From an archaeon (lineage in GTDB: Archaea; B1Sed10-29; JAJSAI01), in NCBI GenBank assembly GCA_024274695.1, contig JAJSAI010000014.1, positions 1 to 57,875 of the forward strand: DNA of 57,875 bases, written 5' to 3'. The notes beneath the pieces were generated by a model, which was not told the DNA's origin, searched no databases, and saw nothing but the letters and a program-made list of their open reading frames with translations. The translations under genes and the position numbers were made by a program. This document shows positions 15,321 to 24,569 of this stretch, one piece after another. How positions within the stretch are numbered: position 1 is the first letter of the stretch; each line of letters opens with the position of its first letter.

Positions 15321-17650
15321 TTTCCCAGCCCCGTTTGTTTTCCTTCTCCGAGGAGGTCTTCTTCTTTCACCCCCAGCTCGGCAAGTATCTTCATGCTCGC
15401 GGGAAGTATCTGGTGGTTTATGTAGTACTCTGCATCCGGTTTCCTGTTTCCAACGAGCTGGACCGGCCACGCCCTGTCGCTTATGCTCCCTGCTCCTTTC
15501 ACTATCACGTACTCCAGCACTGTCCCGGGCCTTACTCTGTATCCTGCTCTTTCAAGTTTTTCCGCGGCTTTCACGTGCGGTCCTATCTGCTCGTAGTCTT
15601 TTATTCTTCTGGTGATCTGCGTGTAGATCACAAGGTCCTCAAGTTTTACCTTTCCTGCCTTCAGGTCTTTTATTACTTTCTTCACGTACCTGACCGCCTC
15701 CTGAGGATCCCCGTGCTCCAGGACTTCTGCGATCACCCTCTCCTGGGTCTCTCTTGCTATTTTCGCCCAGTCCCTGCGCACGAGCTCGAACCCTTTTATC
15801 TCGACGGTCCCGTCTTCTCTGATGAGCGCGTACTTTTTCTTGGCAGCCTCTTTTTCTCCTCTCTTGGTCACGAACAGGCCTCTACGGTAGTATCCCTCGT
15901 ACTCCAGCTCCATGTCCGGGGGGAGCTCCTTGTTTATTTCTTGCACGAACCTTTTCGCGTCCTCCACTGTCTTGTTACCGAGCTTGAGGAACAGGCTGTC
16001 TGTGTCAGCGTAAAGGACCTTGAATCCTTTTTCTTCCGCCTTTTTTATGGTCTCCTGGATGTACTTCCTGCCGAGGGCTGTCACGCTCTCGGCGCATTCC
16101 CTTGAGTAGAACCTTGCCCTCGGGTATCCCATGTACCCGTAGCACGCGTTAGCGATTATCTTCAGGCCCCACTGTTTGAAGTGAAGCATTTTGTACTCGT
16201 CAGACCCTGGATCCAGTTTTTTCATCCTTTCCTTGACCTTCTTTCTCGTGTACACCAGGTCCTTGAGCACTGTTGGTATGAGCCCTGGTGGCTTTTTCCT
16301 GAACCTGTGTCCGAGGGGGGTCTCGTAGCAGTCCTCGCACTCTTCTCCTTCGCGGACGAGGGTGTGGCTGTCTATGTTGAAGGACATGATTATGCTTGGG
16401 TACAGGCTCCTGAAGTCGCAGACGACTATGTTCTCGTGCAGTCCCTTTTCAGGAAGTTTCACGAACGCTCCTTTTATGGGCCTCATCATCCTGGCCTTTA
16501 CTTCTCTTTCCTTTGGTATTGGGGGGATGAGCTCGTTCCGTTTCACTGCCTCCCGGATTATCATCCACTCTACCATCTGGCTGCTTGTCATCCATGTCAC
16601 GTCGTACAACGGGAGGCCTAAGATCCTGCTCAGCTCCGCGTACAAGGGTAGGATCTCTTCTCCCAGCTTGTACGCTGCCAGGGCGTCCTGTCTGTTGTAC
16701 TCCTTAAGGAGTTCGAGGTCTTTTCCTCCCTTGTCCCAGTACTCGTGTATTCTGGCGCAGTCTATGTCCAGTTTTTCTTTCCCGAAGAACTCCTTGTATA
16801 TTGACTCAAGGTCGTTCTTCGGAAGCCTGAGGGCTCCTATTCCCGTGAGGAAGGCGACTCCCCTGTACGTGTCAAGATGGACTCTTCCGTTTATCCTGCT
16901 CCTCCTTCCCAGACCACTCTTGCTCACCCCAGGCTCTGTCCCGTCCCGGCCCAGGGTGAGCTTTATTTTCAGTTTTTTGGCCCTCTCCTTCAGGTAAGGG
17001 AGGTCAAAGTCGTTGGAATTGTACCCTGTCAGGACGTCGTAGTCATTCTCGTTAACCTTTTTTATGAAGTCGTTGAACATGTCCTCTTCTTTTCTGTCCT
17101 TCCAGGTGATCACTTCGGACCCTTTCTCATCAGCGACTCCTATCATGAGCACAGGGTCTTTTTTCGGGTCAGAAGCTCCTTTTGGGTTGTACGTTTCTAT
17201 GTCGAAGGCCATCTGCTTGAGTCTTATGGGCTCCTGATCTGCTTTTTTGAAGTCCTGCAGGATCCCGTCCTTTATCTTGAACTGGTAGTAGTTTGACGCG
17301 TAAAGGCCGTTGTCTATCAGAAAACGGTAGATGAACTTGATCCTGGCCTCGAACGTTTCCGCGGTCTCTTTTATTTCGTTCCTTATCTTTATCACTTTTC
17401 CAGGATCATCTACCGTGACCTTCCACAGTTTCACTGGCCTGCCGTAGTACTTTTTTTCCACGGGAACGACTTTCTCCACACCATCCATTTTCTCAAGCTC
17501 TTCTTTTTTCACGCCGTCCCTGAGCACGTAAAAGTAGGGATCGTGCTCTGCAAGCACTCTGCTGACCTTGCCGTTCTCTTTTATCCACAGGGCGATCCGC
17601 TTGCCCTGGTCGTGTTCCACGTCCAGGATGAACCCTCTTATCCTGCTCAC
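15308..17650 (-). CDS. polB: DNA polymerase, family B
   Basis: 780 aa, GTG start. Exo motifs FDIETYNP and YNSNDFDLPYL; pol motifs DFRSLYPSII, KIIANACYGYMGY and YADTDSLF. Contiguous, with no intein. Confidence 0.95.
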   Translation of the reverse strand: MSRIRGFILDVEHDQGKRIALWIKENGKVSRVLAEHDPYFYVLRDGVKKEELEKMDGVEKVVPVEKKYYGRPVKLWKVTVDDPGKVIKIRNEIKETAETFEARIKFIYRFLIDNGLYASNYYQFKIKDGILQDFKKADQEPIRLKQMAFDIETYNPKGASDPKKDPVLMIGVADEKGSEVITWKDRKEEDMFNDFIKKVNENDYDVLTGYNSNDFDLPYLKERAKKLKIKLTLGRDGTEPGVSKSGLGRRSRINGRVHLDTYRGVAFLTGIGALRLPKNDLESIYKEFFGKEKLDIDCARIHEYWDKGGKDLELLKEYNRQDALAAYKLGEEILPLYAELSRILGLPLYDVTWMTSSQMVEWMIIREAVKRNELIPPIPKEREVKARMMRPIKGAFVKLPEKGLHENIVVCDFRSLYPSIIMSFNIDSHTLVREGEECEDCYETPLGHRFRKKPPGLIPTVLKDLVYTRKKVKERMKKLDPGSDEYKMLHFKQWGLKIIANACYGYMGYPRARFYSRECAESVTALGRKYIQETIKKAEEKGFKVLYADTDSLFLKLGNKTVEDAKRFVQEINKELPPDMELEYEGYYRRGLFVTKRGEKEAAKKKYALIREDGTVEIKGFELVRRDWAKIARETQERVIAEVLEHGDPQEAVRYVKKVIKDLKAGKVKLEDLVIYTQITRRIKDYEQIGPHVKAAEKLERAGYRVRPGTVLEYVIVKGAGSISDRAWPVQLVGNRKPDAEYYINHQILPASMKILAELGVKEEDLLGEGKQTGLGKWMK

Positions 17651-17711
17651 CCAAAATGTTTATATGCTCTTAGATGTTCTAATCTGTTAAAAAGGTTTCC
17701 AGGGTGGACTA

Positions 17712-18194
17712 ATGGCAAGACCTGAAATGGTTTCTTCCGCGGGGCTGCTGGCAGAAATACACGCTCTAGACTCCAAGATAAGGGTGCTCGCCCAGAGGTT
17801 GTCAATAATAGAAAAGAACGAGCAGGTCATAGGGAAGACGCTCATATCCCACAACAGGAAGCTTAAGGAGCTTGAGTCCGCGATCGCAAAGCTAGAGGCA
17901 GCCCAGGAGAAGCCTGCCCAGTCAGAGGAGGTTTCCAAGCTCAAGGAGATTGTCCAGGAGCTTGAGAAGAAGGTGAAAGAGCTTGAGCCTGTGGTCCAGG
18001 AGAACAAGAAGGCAGACGATGCCATCCGCACCCAGATGAAGGAACTCAAGTACGTTGTGGACATGATAAACCCTGTGGCTTACGTGACCGCTGATGACGT
18101 GGAGGACATTGTGGAGGAAAAACTGAGGGAGTACCTGTCGGGCAAGAGGTCCAGGAGAACTGGCCTGGACGAGTTTGAGAAAGAGTTCCTCTGA
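17712..18194 (+). CDS. Coiled-coil protein, hypothetical
   Basis: 160 aa, with heptad-rich sequence LDSKIRVLAQRLSIIEKNEQ...LKELESAIAKLEAAQEK...VQELEKKVKELE. Confidence 0.6.
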   Translation: MARPEMVSSAGLLAEIHALDSKIRVLAQRLSIIEKNEQVIGKTLISHNRKLKELESAIAKLEAAQEKPAQSEEVSKLKEIVQELEKKVKELEPVVQENKKADDAIRTQMKELKYVVDMINPVAYVTADDVEDIVEEKLREYLSGKRSRRTGLDEFEKEFL

Positions 18195-18201
18195 CCCTTT
18201 T

Positions 18202-19035
18202 TCACTCCTCTTTTACTATGTCGAAGACGACCTGAACCTTTCCTGGAGAAAAGGGTCTTACGACCCTCTTGAACGCGATCCTGTACTTTGACCCTGTTTC
18301 CTCTGCCTTCCTGCGGATTATTTCCTCTGCTCTGGTGAAAGGGTCTTTCCTGTCGCCGATATAATAAAAGTGGATCACCCCTCCTTTTTTCACGTGCCTG
18401 AACGCAAGGTCAAGGAAATCTTCTCCTGTTTTGGGCAGGGGCATGATTATCCTGTCCATCTTCTCAGGAATCTTTTCAGCCTCTTCTCTCACGTTCCCGA
18501 GTATCGGGATCATCCTGCCCTCAACCCTGTTCAAGCGCACGTTCTCCTTCATCCACTTTACTGCTTCAGGGTTCAGTTCTATTGCGTATATCTTCACGTT
18601 AGGAACTCTCTTGAGTATCACGAGCCCGAAGGGCCCTACTCCAGCAAACCAGTATCCTATGACCTCTCCTGGCTTCACTTGCTTGGCTATCCTTTCCCTC
18701 TCGTAGCTTAGCCTGGGAGTAAAGTACACCTTGCTCACGTCAAGCCTGATCCTGGCCCCTGACTCCCTGTACTCCGTGACCGTTCTGTTCTCTCCCGCTA
18801 TCACTTTCACAGGCCTTATCCTGTAAACTCCCTCGTGTATTCCTGCTCTCTTGCACACTGTTTTGACGCTCTTGTGCACCTCAAGAATGGCTTCTCCTAT
18901 TTCTTTTTCCCTGTGCTCGAGTTCTTCTGGGACTTCTATTATCGCGATGTCCCCGATTATGTCAAAGCTAGTCACAGCCTTCTCGGCCTCTTCCTTGGGC
19001 AGTTTTTTCATGAGCACTTCACGCAGGCTCGTCAT
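18202..19035 (-). CDS. trm5: tRNA (guanine37-N1)-methyltransferase Trm5 / Taw2 family (Met-10+ like)
   Basis: FDIIGDIAIIEVP, VYFTPRLSYERERI, WFAGVGPFGLV, AIELNPEAVKWMKENVRLNRV, DRIIMPLP. The start at 19035 forms an ATGA overlap with the nreA stop. Confidence 0.85.
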   Translation of the reverse strand: MTSLREVLMKKLPKEEAEKAVTSFDIIGDIAIIEVPEELEHREKEIGEAILEVHKSVKTVCKRAGIHEGVYRIRPVKVIAGENRTVTEYRESGARIRLDVSKVYFTPRLSYERERIAKQVKPGEVIGYWFAGVGPFGLVILKRVPNVKIYAIELNPEAVKWMKENVRLNRVEGRMIPILGNVREEAEKIPEKMDRIIMPLPKTGEDFLDLAFRHVKKGGVIHFYYIGDRKDPFTRAEEIIRRKAEETGSKYRIAFKRVVRPFSPGKVQVVFDIVKEE

Positions 19036-20252
19036 GACAACCACTTCGTCAGCCTTGGTTGGGTCACTTGTTCTTTCAGGATCATGCTGTTATTAAACCA
19101 TGCCTCGAACCTGACAGGTGATCTTTCGGTAATAACATTCTTTAACGCGCGCAGGCCAGACACTTTCTCCGGATCTCCTGAGAGCACTTTCCTCACGCCC
19201 TCCCTAACCTGCCACACTCCCACTGGAACAGTATAGCCGGGGCCGATGTGCCTGAGGACAAGTACTCCAGCGCTCCTGCGTATCCTGCACAGTTTTTCGT
19301 AGACCGCGAGCCTTGCCGCGAAATAGCTTCCTCCGATCTCGGGATACTCCCTTAACCCTTTCCTGTCCTCTCTTGCCCCTGCTATCACCAGGCCTGCCGC
19401 CGGGTTCCACACGCTCTTCCCCGACCATGCTTCCAGCATCTCGAACCCAACGCCTTCGGGGAAGAACACGATCACGTAGTTGTTATCGTACTGCGATCCT
19501 GAAAACACGAGGATCTGGTTCACTGGAGGGTATTCTCTCGTCCTTTTCATGAGTTCTTCAGATATCATGGAATCAGAGGCGGTGATACTCCACCTGGTGG
19601 GCACCATCTTCCTTTTCTTACCGAGCCCGAGCATTCCAGCGCTCAGAACCTGGCTGACCCTGGAGACAGGGACTCCTTTCTCGTACAGGCTCACGAGCGC
19701 GTCCCTCGCCCGCAGGTCCGTGTCAGACCAGATTTTTTCTATCCTGTGATCTGTCTTGATTCCGTAAACGCTTACTCTCCTGGCCCTGGCCGCGGGTGAC
19801 ATGACCTCTGACCCTGGATCAAGCGACAGCCTGGGCTCTTTCTCGAGCTCTGCTTCCGCGTCAGGGGGAGCGCGTGAGAGTACTGTCTCCTGGACTACTT
19901 CAGTAATCCGCCCGGGCTTTTTCACGTTCGCCCTGGCTTCTGTCCTGACCAGGGAAAACCTCATTCTGACGATCTCCTGCAAGGGCAGGCTCGCCCATGA
20001 TTCTGGGGAATCCAGTTTTCCCACTCCTTCTGCAAGAGGCGAGATCATGGGCCCAGCGTACACTCTAGGGTACCCGTGCCTGCCCACGAACACGCTGGGA
20101 GGGCTGGCTCCCTGCAGTTCCCTCGTGCTGACGACCTTTTCCACCTTCAGCCCGGCATAGTACTTCATGAGCAGCGGGCACTCTCGCCTGCCGCAGAGCA
20201 TTCTCGCGCCCTTGCACTTCACGCACAGTCCTGCCGGGAATCCTATGTTCAC
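19032..20252 (-). CDS. nreA: Archaeal Nre-family DNA repair protein
   Basis: 406 aa. The N-terminal Cys cluster LCVKCKGARMLCGRRECPLL is characteristic of NreA/NreB (DUF650/DUF651 architecture). Confidence 0.75.
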   Translation of the reverse strand: MNIGFPAGLCVKCKGARMLCGRRECPLLMKYYAGLKVEKVVSTRELQGASPPSVFVGRHGYPRVYAGPMISPLAEGVGKLDSPESWASLPLQEIVRMRFSLVRTEARANVKKPGRITEVVQETVLSRAPPDAEAELEKEPRLSLDPGSEVMSPAARARRVSVYGIKTDHRIEKIWSDTDLRARDALVSLYEKGVPVSRVSQVLSAGMLGLGKKRKMVPTRWSITASDSMISEELMKRTREYPPVNQILVFSGSQYDNNYVIVFFPEGVGFEMLEAWSGKSVWNPAAGLVIAGAREDRKGLREYPEIGGSYFAARLAVYEKLCRIRRSAGVLVLRHIGPGYTVPVGVWQVREGVRKVLSGDPEKVSGLRALKNVITERSPVRFEAWFNNSMILKEQVTQPRLTKWLS

Positions 20253-20325
20253 GCTCTTACTCTGTAATCCCCGTGATTTAATGCTTGCGGAGCTGTTTTA
20301 AACCCCTCTTGGTAGTATACATCCT

Positions 20326-21105
20326 ATGGGCTTTCTAGAAGACTATTTTATCAATCCTGTACTGCACGGGACGGGATACAATCCTGTGAACACGCTCGTA
20401 TACGCGGTCCTGCTCGTGGCCAGCCTGCCGCTGGTGGCCAGGCTCATGAAAAGGTTGGGGATGCGTGCCGATGAGAGGACCTGGGCCTCGCTCCTGCCTT
20501 TCGTGGTCCTCGGAGGCTTGCTAAGGGCAATGCAGGACCACGGCATGTTCTCGTTCTTGGGTGGCGCAGAGTACGCGCTCTTCGTGACTCCCGGGATCTA
20601 CCTTACTGTGTTTTTGCTCGCGCTAGCGAGCATTCTCTTAGAAAAAAAGGTTGGGATTCCGACAGCCTGGGAGGGAATTTTCCTGCTCGCGTTTTTCGGG
20701 TCATGGTACGCGTTCGTCATCCGCAGGATAACGCCGCTGGCGTGGGTGCTGGGGGTGGCCGTTCTCGCGTTCATCCCCGCGTACTTTGTCCTGTCAAGGT
20801 ACTCCTGGAGAACTCTCCCCCGCGTTTCCAGCATGCCAGTGCTCGCGCACGTGCTGGACGCCAGCGCGAGCTGGACAGCTATTTCTGTGGTGGGCGGCTA
20901 CTTCGAGCAGCATGTTCTCCCAAGCGCTCTCTTTTCTCCTGGAACGTTCTGGATGTTTATTCCCCTGAAGCTCGTAGTCGCGGCCCTGGCGGTCCTGCTG
21001 GTGGACAAGTACTCGGACGGGTACGACGCGTGGGTGCTCAAGTTCGCCCTGCTGGTCCTCGGGCTCGGGCCGGGAGTCAGGGACACACTCACCATGCTGG
21101 CGTGA
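20326..21105 (+). CDS. DUF63-like archaeal polytopic membrane protein
   Basis: 259 aa. N-terminus MGFLEDYFINPVLHGTGYNPVNTLVYAVLL followed by about 7 TM helices, as I recall for the DUF63 family. Confidence 0.65.
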   Translation: MGFLEDYFINPVLHGTGYNPVNTLVYAVLLVASLPLVARLMKRLGMRADERTWASLLPFVVLGGLLRAMQDHGMFSFLGGAEYALFVTPGIYLTVFLLALASILLEKKVGIPTAWEGIFLLAFFGSWYAFVIRRITPLAWVLGVAVLAFIPAYFVLSRYSWRTLPRVSSMPVLAHVLDASASWTAISVVGGYFEQHVLPSALFSPGTFWMFIPLKLVVAALAVLLVDKYSDGYDAWVLKFALLVLGLGPGVRDTLTMLA

Positions 21106-21148
21106 ACCGCAATCAATAAAAACGCGTGTTGGGAGAATATTTTTGGGA

Positions 21149-21225
21149 GCGCCGTTAGTCTAGCCAGGTTAGGACATGGGCTTCCCAAGCCTATGGCCCG
21201 GGTTCGAATCCCGGACGGCGCACCA
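21149..21225 (+). tRNA. tRNA-Gly (anticodon CCC), CCA encoded
   Basis: GCGCCGTTAGTCTAGCCAGGTTAGGACATGGGCTTCCCAAGCCTATGGCCCGGGTTCGAATCCCGGACGGCGCACCA. Acceptor stem GCGCCGT/ACGGCGC, anticodon loop TTCCCAA. Confidence 0.9.
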
Positions 21226-21254
21226 GCAAGCGTGCGAAACCATAATCCCCCTCT

Positions 21255-21341
21255 GCAGGGATTGCTTAGCCTGGTATAGCGCTAGGTTCAGGGCCTAGTG
21301 GGTTAGTCCCATCGGGGGTTCGAATCCCCCTCCCTGCACCA
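21255..21341 (+). tRNA. tRNA-Leu (anticodon CAG), CCA encoded
   Basis: GCAGGGATTGCTTAGCCTGGTATAGCGCTAGGTTCAGGGCCTAGTGGGTTAGTCCCATCGGGGGTTCGAATCCCCCTCCCTGCACCA. It has a long variable arm and anticodon loop TTCAGGG. Confidence 0.9.
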
Positions 21342-21345
21342 TTCC

Positions 21346-21352
21346 TTTTTTT
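21346..21352 (+). terminator. Oligo-T (T7) directly after tRNA-Leu
   Basis: TTTTTTT begins 5 nt after the CCA end. The adjoining TTTTTTATTCTTATC could also act as a TATA box for the next gene. Confidence 0.35.
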
Positions 21353-21361
21353 ATTCTTATC

Positions 21362-22225
21362 ATGTGTCTTCTTGTTGGGGTGTTCTTGTTGAAGGTCATT
21401 TTCGGCCCTGTTTTTCTTGAGCACGATAATCCTGCGCATCCGGAGAACAAGGGCAGGCTCTCGCTGATCCTGGAGGAGTTGGGAGAGTGGGATGTTGTTG
21501 ATCCTGAGGACGGAGAACAGTATCTTGGACTATGTCATTCTGAGGAGTATGTTCAGAGGATCAGGAGCCTGGCTGGCTCTGGTTTTCTGACTCCTGACAC
21601 CTACTATAACGAGCATACTTTTAGGGCAGCGTGTTATGCTGTTGGCGCGGCTGTTCAGGCCGCCCGGCTTAACGCGTTCGCGCTCGTCAGACCTCCTGGG
21701 CACCACGCGCTCAGGGAAAGGGGAGGTGGTTTCTGCATTTTTAACAGCATGGCAGTAGCAGCCAAAGTATTGTCAGGCGAGGGAAAAAGGATCGCGATCC
21801 TGGATATTGACTGTCATCATGGGAACGGCACGCAGGAGCTGGTCAAGGACGACAGGAACATTTTGTATTGCTCCCTGCATCAGAGCCCGTTGTACCCCGG
21901 CACAGGACTGCGGGATGAGGGTAATGCGTTGAACGCTCCCCTCCCTGCAGGCTCTGGGGATAAAGAGGGAATAAGGGTTTCGGAAGAAAAGTTTTTCCCT
22001 GCAATAGAAGACTTTAATCCTGACGTGGTGGGGGTATCAGCTGGTTTTGATGCTTACTACAAGGACAAGAGGCCCGAGCTCGGGAACGACTTGAACTTCA
22101 CGCTTGAGTTCTACGAGAGGGTCGCAGAATTCTTAAGGTCTTATGATAGGTTCCTGGTCCTAGAAGGAGGGTATGATCCGGTCAGTATCCTGGAGTGCTC
22201 CAAGGTTTTCCTGGAGGGACTGTGA
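21362..22225 (+). CDS. Histone deacetylase-family (acetoin utilisation / acetylpolyamine amidohydrolase-like) protein
   Basis: RPPGHHA, DIDCHHGNGTQ, LEGGYDP. The true start may be the in-frame GTG at 21380 or TTG at 21389 (giving MKVIFGPVFLEHD), about 27-35 nt after the TATA-like tract, i.e. leaderless. Confidence 0.85.
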   Translation: MCLLVGVFLLKVIFGPVFLEHDNPAHPENKGRLSLILEELGEWDVVDPEDGEQYLGLCHSEEYVQRIRSLAGSGFLTPDTYYNEHTFRAACYAVGAAVQAARLNAFALVRPPGHHALRERGGGFCIFNSMAVAAKVLSGEGKRIAILDIDCHHGNGTQELVKDDRNILYCSLHQSPLYPGTGLRDEGNALNAPLPAGSGDKEGIRVSEEKFFPAIEDFNPDVVGVSAGFDAYYKDKRPELGNDLNFTLEFYERVAEFLRSYDRFLVLEGGYDPVSILECSKVFLEGL

Positions 22226-22227
22226 GC

Positions 22228-23703
22228 TCACGCGCTCAGGGTGTCCCTGAGTATGGCCCTGTATGGTCTGGAGTGGGCTTCTTTCACCGCGATCTCGTTT
22301 TCTTTCACGAACTCTATTTTCATGCTGGCGTTGTTGATCACGGTCTGGTCTACTCCTGCCTCGTCCTCTAGTCCTATGCATGTGCCGACCCCGTAGTTCG
22401 GGCTGTCCAGAAGAATATTCTTCATCTCCAGCCCGAGAGGCGTTTGGGCGAGGTACTCCTCTCCTTTCTTCAGGAACAAGAGTGTCTTGAGTTCTCTGCT
22501 GGCGAGTTCTGCCTTGTACTTCTCGTACAGGGATTTCAGGATGGAGAACGCTATCGCTCTTTTGATGTGGGGAGGGTAGCCTGACACGTCTATCCTGGCT
22601 ATTGACCCCACTCTCTTCAGGTAGGGTGACACGAGGATGTTCAGGTCAAGCTTTCCTCCGAACGTGTTAGGGAACGCTTTGTGCAGTACCCTGATGAGTC
22701 TTATGGCCTGGTACGCGTAGAATTTCTTGGCTTCAGGAGTGTTGGCTAGTATTTCCTCCTCCAGTCCCTTTAGCGAAGAGTACTCTTCTGAGTGCGTTTC
22801 TATTGCCCTGTCCAGGATCTTGCCCGCTTCTTCCCCAGGCCCCTTCTCGTTCCTGGGGAGTTCAAGGACTTCCCTGAACTGGTCCCTGTTAAGCAGGTTT
22901 ATGTTCACGTAAACCTGGCCTACTCTCAGGGTGTTCACGGGCATTCCGATAGGCTGCAGGTGCGGGAACTCTTGCTGGTTGAAGTTTTTGTTAGGCGCGT
23001 TCATTCCAATGAACTCCTTGTTATCATCAAGCACTATGGCGGTTATTCCTGTGAGCACACAGTTCTCCATGATAACGTGGAACGCGTTCCTTACCTGGTC
23101 CTTGTTCCCTATCACCACCGTGCTCGAGAAAGACTGGATGTTCTCTTCAGCCAGTTCTCCTGTTATCCTCTTGCCCAAGAGTGCTTTGGCCATGGCCCTT
23201 ATTTCTCCTGCTTTTGGTGCTTCTACTGCTTTTCTTATGAGCATGCTGGGGAGCAGGAAGGGTTCAGAGAACAGTCTCGTGGTGTACTCTTCCAGGGCAT
23301 TGCGTAGTGGCACTACCCTTATGTCATAGGCGGCGCTTTCTTCCATGAGCCTTTCGTGCATTTCCTCTATTCTCTTGAAGAACTTGTCCAGGACAATGCT
23401 CATGTTCTCCCCGACTTTCACGTACCTCGGGCCGGGGGAGAGGATCAGGTACTTTCCCTTGAAGGTGGGGTAGTGCTTTTCCAGGAGTATCGCGTTCCCG
23501 GGAAGTTTTTCCGCCAGGGTTGAAGCGTTCCCTTCCACCACGTAGATCTTGTACAGTATCAGTAGGTATCCTCTCACAGTTCCCTCTCTCTTGTCTTCGA
23601 TAACGCTCAGCGCGAGCTTGTCAGGGTTCTCGTAAAAGTAGGTGTTGTACCCGGTCCACTTGCCGGAGAATATTTCTTTCCAGGGCCCGTGAGAGAGTTC
23701 CAT
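22228..23703 (-). CDS. Hypothetical 491-aa protein, possibly an inactivated HerA/FtsK-like P-loop fold
   Basis: The segment LLGKRITGELAEENIQSFSSTVVIGNKDQVRNAFHVIMENCVLTGITAIVLDDNKEF has HerA-like spacing, but GNKDQVRN sits where GxxGSGKS is expected. This is resemblance by eye only. Confidence 0.6.
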   Translation of the reverse strand: MELSHGPWKEIFSGKWTGYNTYFYENPDKLALSVIEDKREGTVRGYLLILYKIYVVEGNASTLAEKLPGNAILLEKHYPTFKGKYLILSPGPRYVKVGENMSIVLDKFFKRIEEMHERLMEESAAYDIRVVPLRNALEEYTTRLFSEPFLLPSMLIRKAVEAPKAGEIRAMAKALLGKRITGELAEENIQSFSSTVVIGNKDQVRNAFHVIMENCVLTGITAIVLDDNKEFIGMNAPNKNFNQQEFPHLQPIGMPVNTLRVGQVYVNINLLNRDQFREVLELPRNEKGPGEEAGKILDRAIETHSEEYSSLKGLEEEILANTPEAKKFYAYQAIRLIRVLHKAFPNTFGGKLDLNILVSPYLKRVGSIARIDVSGYPPHIKRAIAFSILKSLYEKYKAELASRELKTLLFLKKGEEYLAQTPLGLEMKNILLDSPNYGVGTCIGLEDEAGVDQTVINNASMKIEFVKENEIAVKEAHSRPYRAILRDTLSA

Positions 23704-23733
23704 GCCATCCCCCTGAATATTAGTTTGGCTTGA

Positions 23734-23752
23734 TTTATAAAAGTTTTATAAA
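23734..23752. promoter_or_regulatory. Back-to-back TATA boxes TTTATAAAAGTTTTATAAA for divergent genes
   Basis: The left box is about 31-35 nt from the minus-strand ATG at 23703. The right box is about 27-33 nt upstream of the plus-strand GTG 23779 / ATG 23785. Confidence 0.45.
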
Positions 23753-23778
23753 CCAGGCTGCCTTTTTTTATCTCGGGT

Positions 23779-24315
23779 GTGCGGATGGACGAGTCAAAGC
23801 TTGCCAGGATAGCTGACATCGTAAGGTCAATGAACGAGGCTGGAATGACCTTGAACGAGATAAGGTCCCAGCTTCAGGGAATGGGGCTGACAGAGGATGA
23901 AATAGAACAGGTCCTGTCCGCCGCGAAGGCACAGCCTTCCTCTGCAGAAATCCATGAGGAGATAAAAAAGGTCAGGGAAAAGATAGAGACGGGCGAGCAC
24001 CTGAAGCCAGTGGTAGAAGTAGTGGAAGAGGCGGGGGCTGAGGCAAGAGAGGCAAGGGAAAAGGTAGAACAAGTGGCTAAAGCGGTTGAGGAAACAAAGC
24101 AGGCCGTGACCCAGGAGATAAAAGAGCCGGTACAGAAAATAGTTGAAGAGCAGAAAGAGCTTCACAGGGAAATAAAAACGATCGCGGGCCTTGGGGAAGA
24201 GGTGCAAACGCTAAGGGACATGCTGATAGACATTAACGCGAACATCAAGGCCCTGAACCAGATAATGCAAAAGATTCTGGAGACGAACAGGAAACTGTTA
24301 CAGCAAAAGAAATAG
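23779..24315 (+). CDS. Acidic coiled-coil protein, hypothetical
   Basis: 178 aa. A small N-terminal helical module (MTLNEIRSQLQGMGLTEDEIEQVL) is followed by an E/K-rich coiled coil. The start could be the ATG at 23785. Confidence 0.6.
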   Translation: MRMDESKLARIADIVRSMNEAGMTLNEIRSQLQGMGLTEDEIEQVLSAAKAQPSSAEIHEEIKKVREKIETGEHLKPVVEVVEEAGAEAREAREKVEQVAKAVEETKQAVTQEIKEPVQKIVEEQKELHREIKTIAGLGEEVQTLRDMLIDINANIKALNQIMQKILETNRKLLQQKK

Positions 24316-24317
24316 TT

Positions 24318-24569
24318 TTATTTTTCTTTTTTCTTCCCGTGCAGGAACAGTCCTCCGAACAAGAACGTTTTCCAGTCAAAGCCTTCCTTCGCTTCCTCTC
24401 CTTCTTTTATTTTTTTCCTGAGACCGGGGCGGACTATGTTTTCTGGACTCATGAGCTCTTCTTTCCGTGTGGTGAGCATTGGAAGAAGTCCCAGTTCTTC
24501 TGGTGTTGGAACATGGTCCTTTGGGGGCATTGACTGTATGAGCACGTGCTTCTTCTTTTTCTTGCTCAC
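24318..24569 (-). CDS. Small Lys-rich protein, last gene of the tiny-protein array
   Basis: 83 aa, MSKKKKKHVLIQSMPP...FDWKTFLFGGLFLHGKKKEK. ATGA-type 4-nt overlap with the upstream gene. Confidence 0.5.
   Translation of the reverse strand: MSKKKKKHVLIQSMPPKDHVPTPEELGLLPMLTTRKEELMSPENIVRPGLRKKIKEGEEAKEGFDWKTFLFGGLFLHGKKKEK

Noticed and set aside
15321-15470. 50-codon N-terminal extension of methionine aminopeptidase
   Set aside because: The extension is Arg/Pro-rich and overlaps the 3' end of polB by 163 nt. The MetAP family alignment begins at MDEIEKYL.
15275-16105. Long antisense ORFs (also 5563..6120, 9180..9707, 12546..13178, 37405..38133, 44715..45491, 46264..46794, 47419..48075)
   Set aside because: Each lies fully inside, and opposite to, a gene with clear family motifs or operon context. 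Their translations are low-complexity (Ser/Leu/Pro/Arg-rich), typical of shadow ORFs.
15308-17650. Intein in the family-B polymerase
   Set aside because: The protein is 780 aa with all exo and pol motifs contiguous and normally spaced. There is no Cys/Ser-His-Asn splice-junction insert.
21106-21361. tRNA-Gly/tRNA-Leu cluster (and tRNA-Arg at 13 kb) as integration sites of a mobile element bounding the surface island
   Set aside because: No integrase, transposase or partial tRNA duplication (att-like direct repeat) is visible. The island begins about 3 kb from the tRNAs, with ordinary genes in between.
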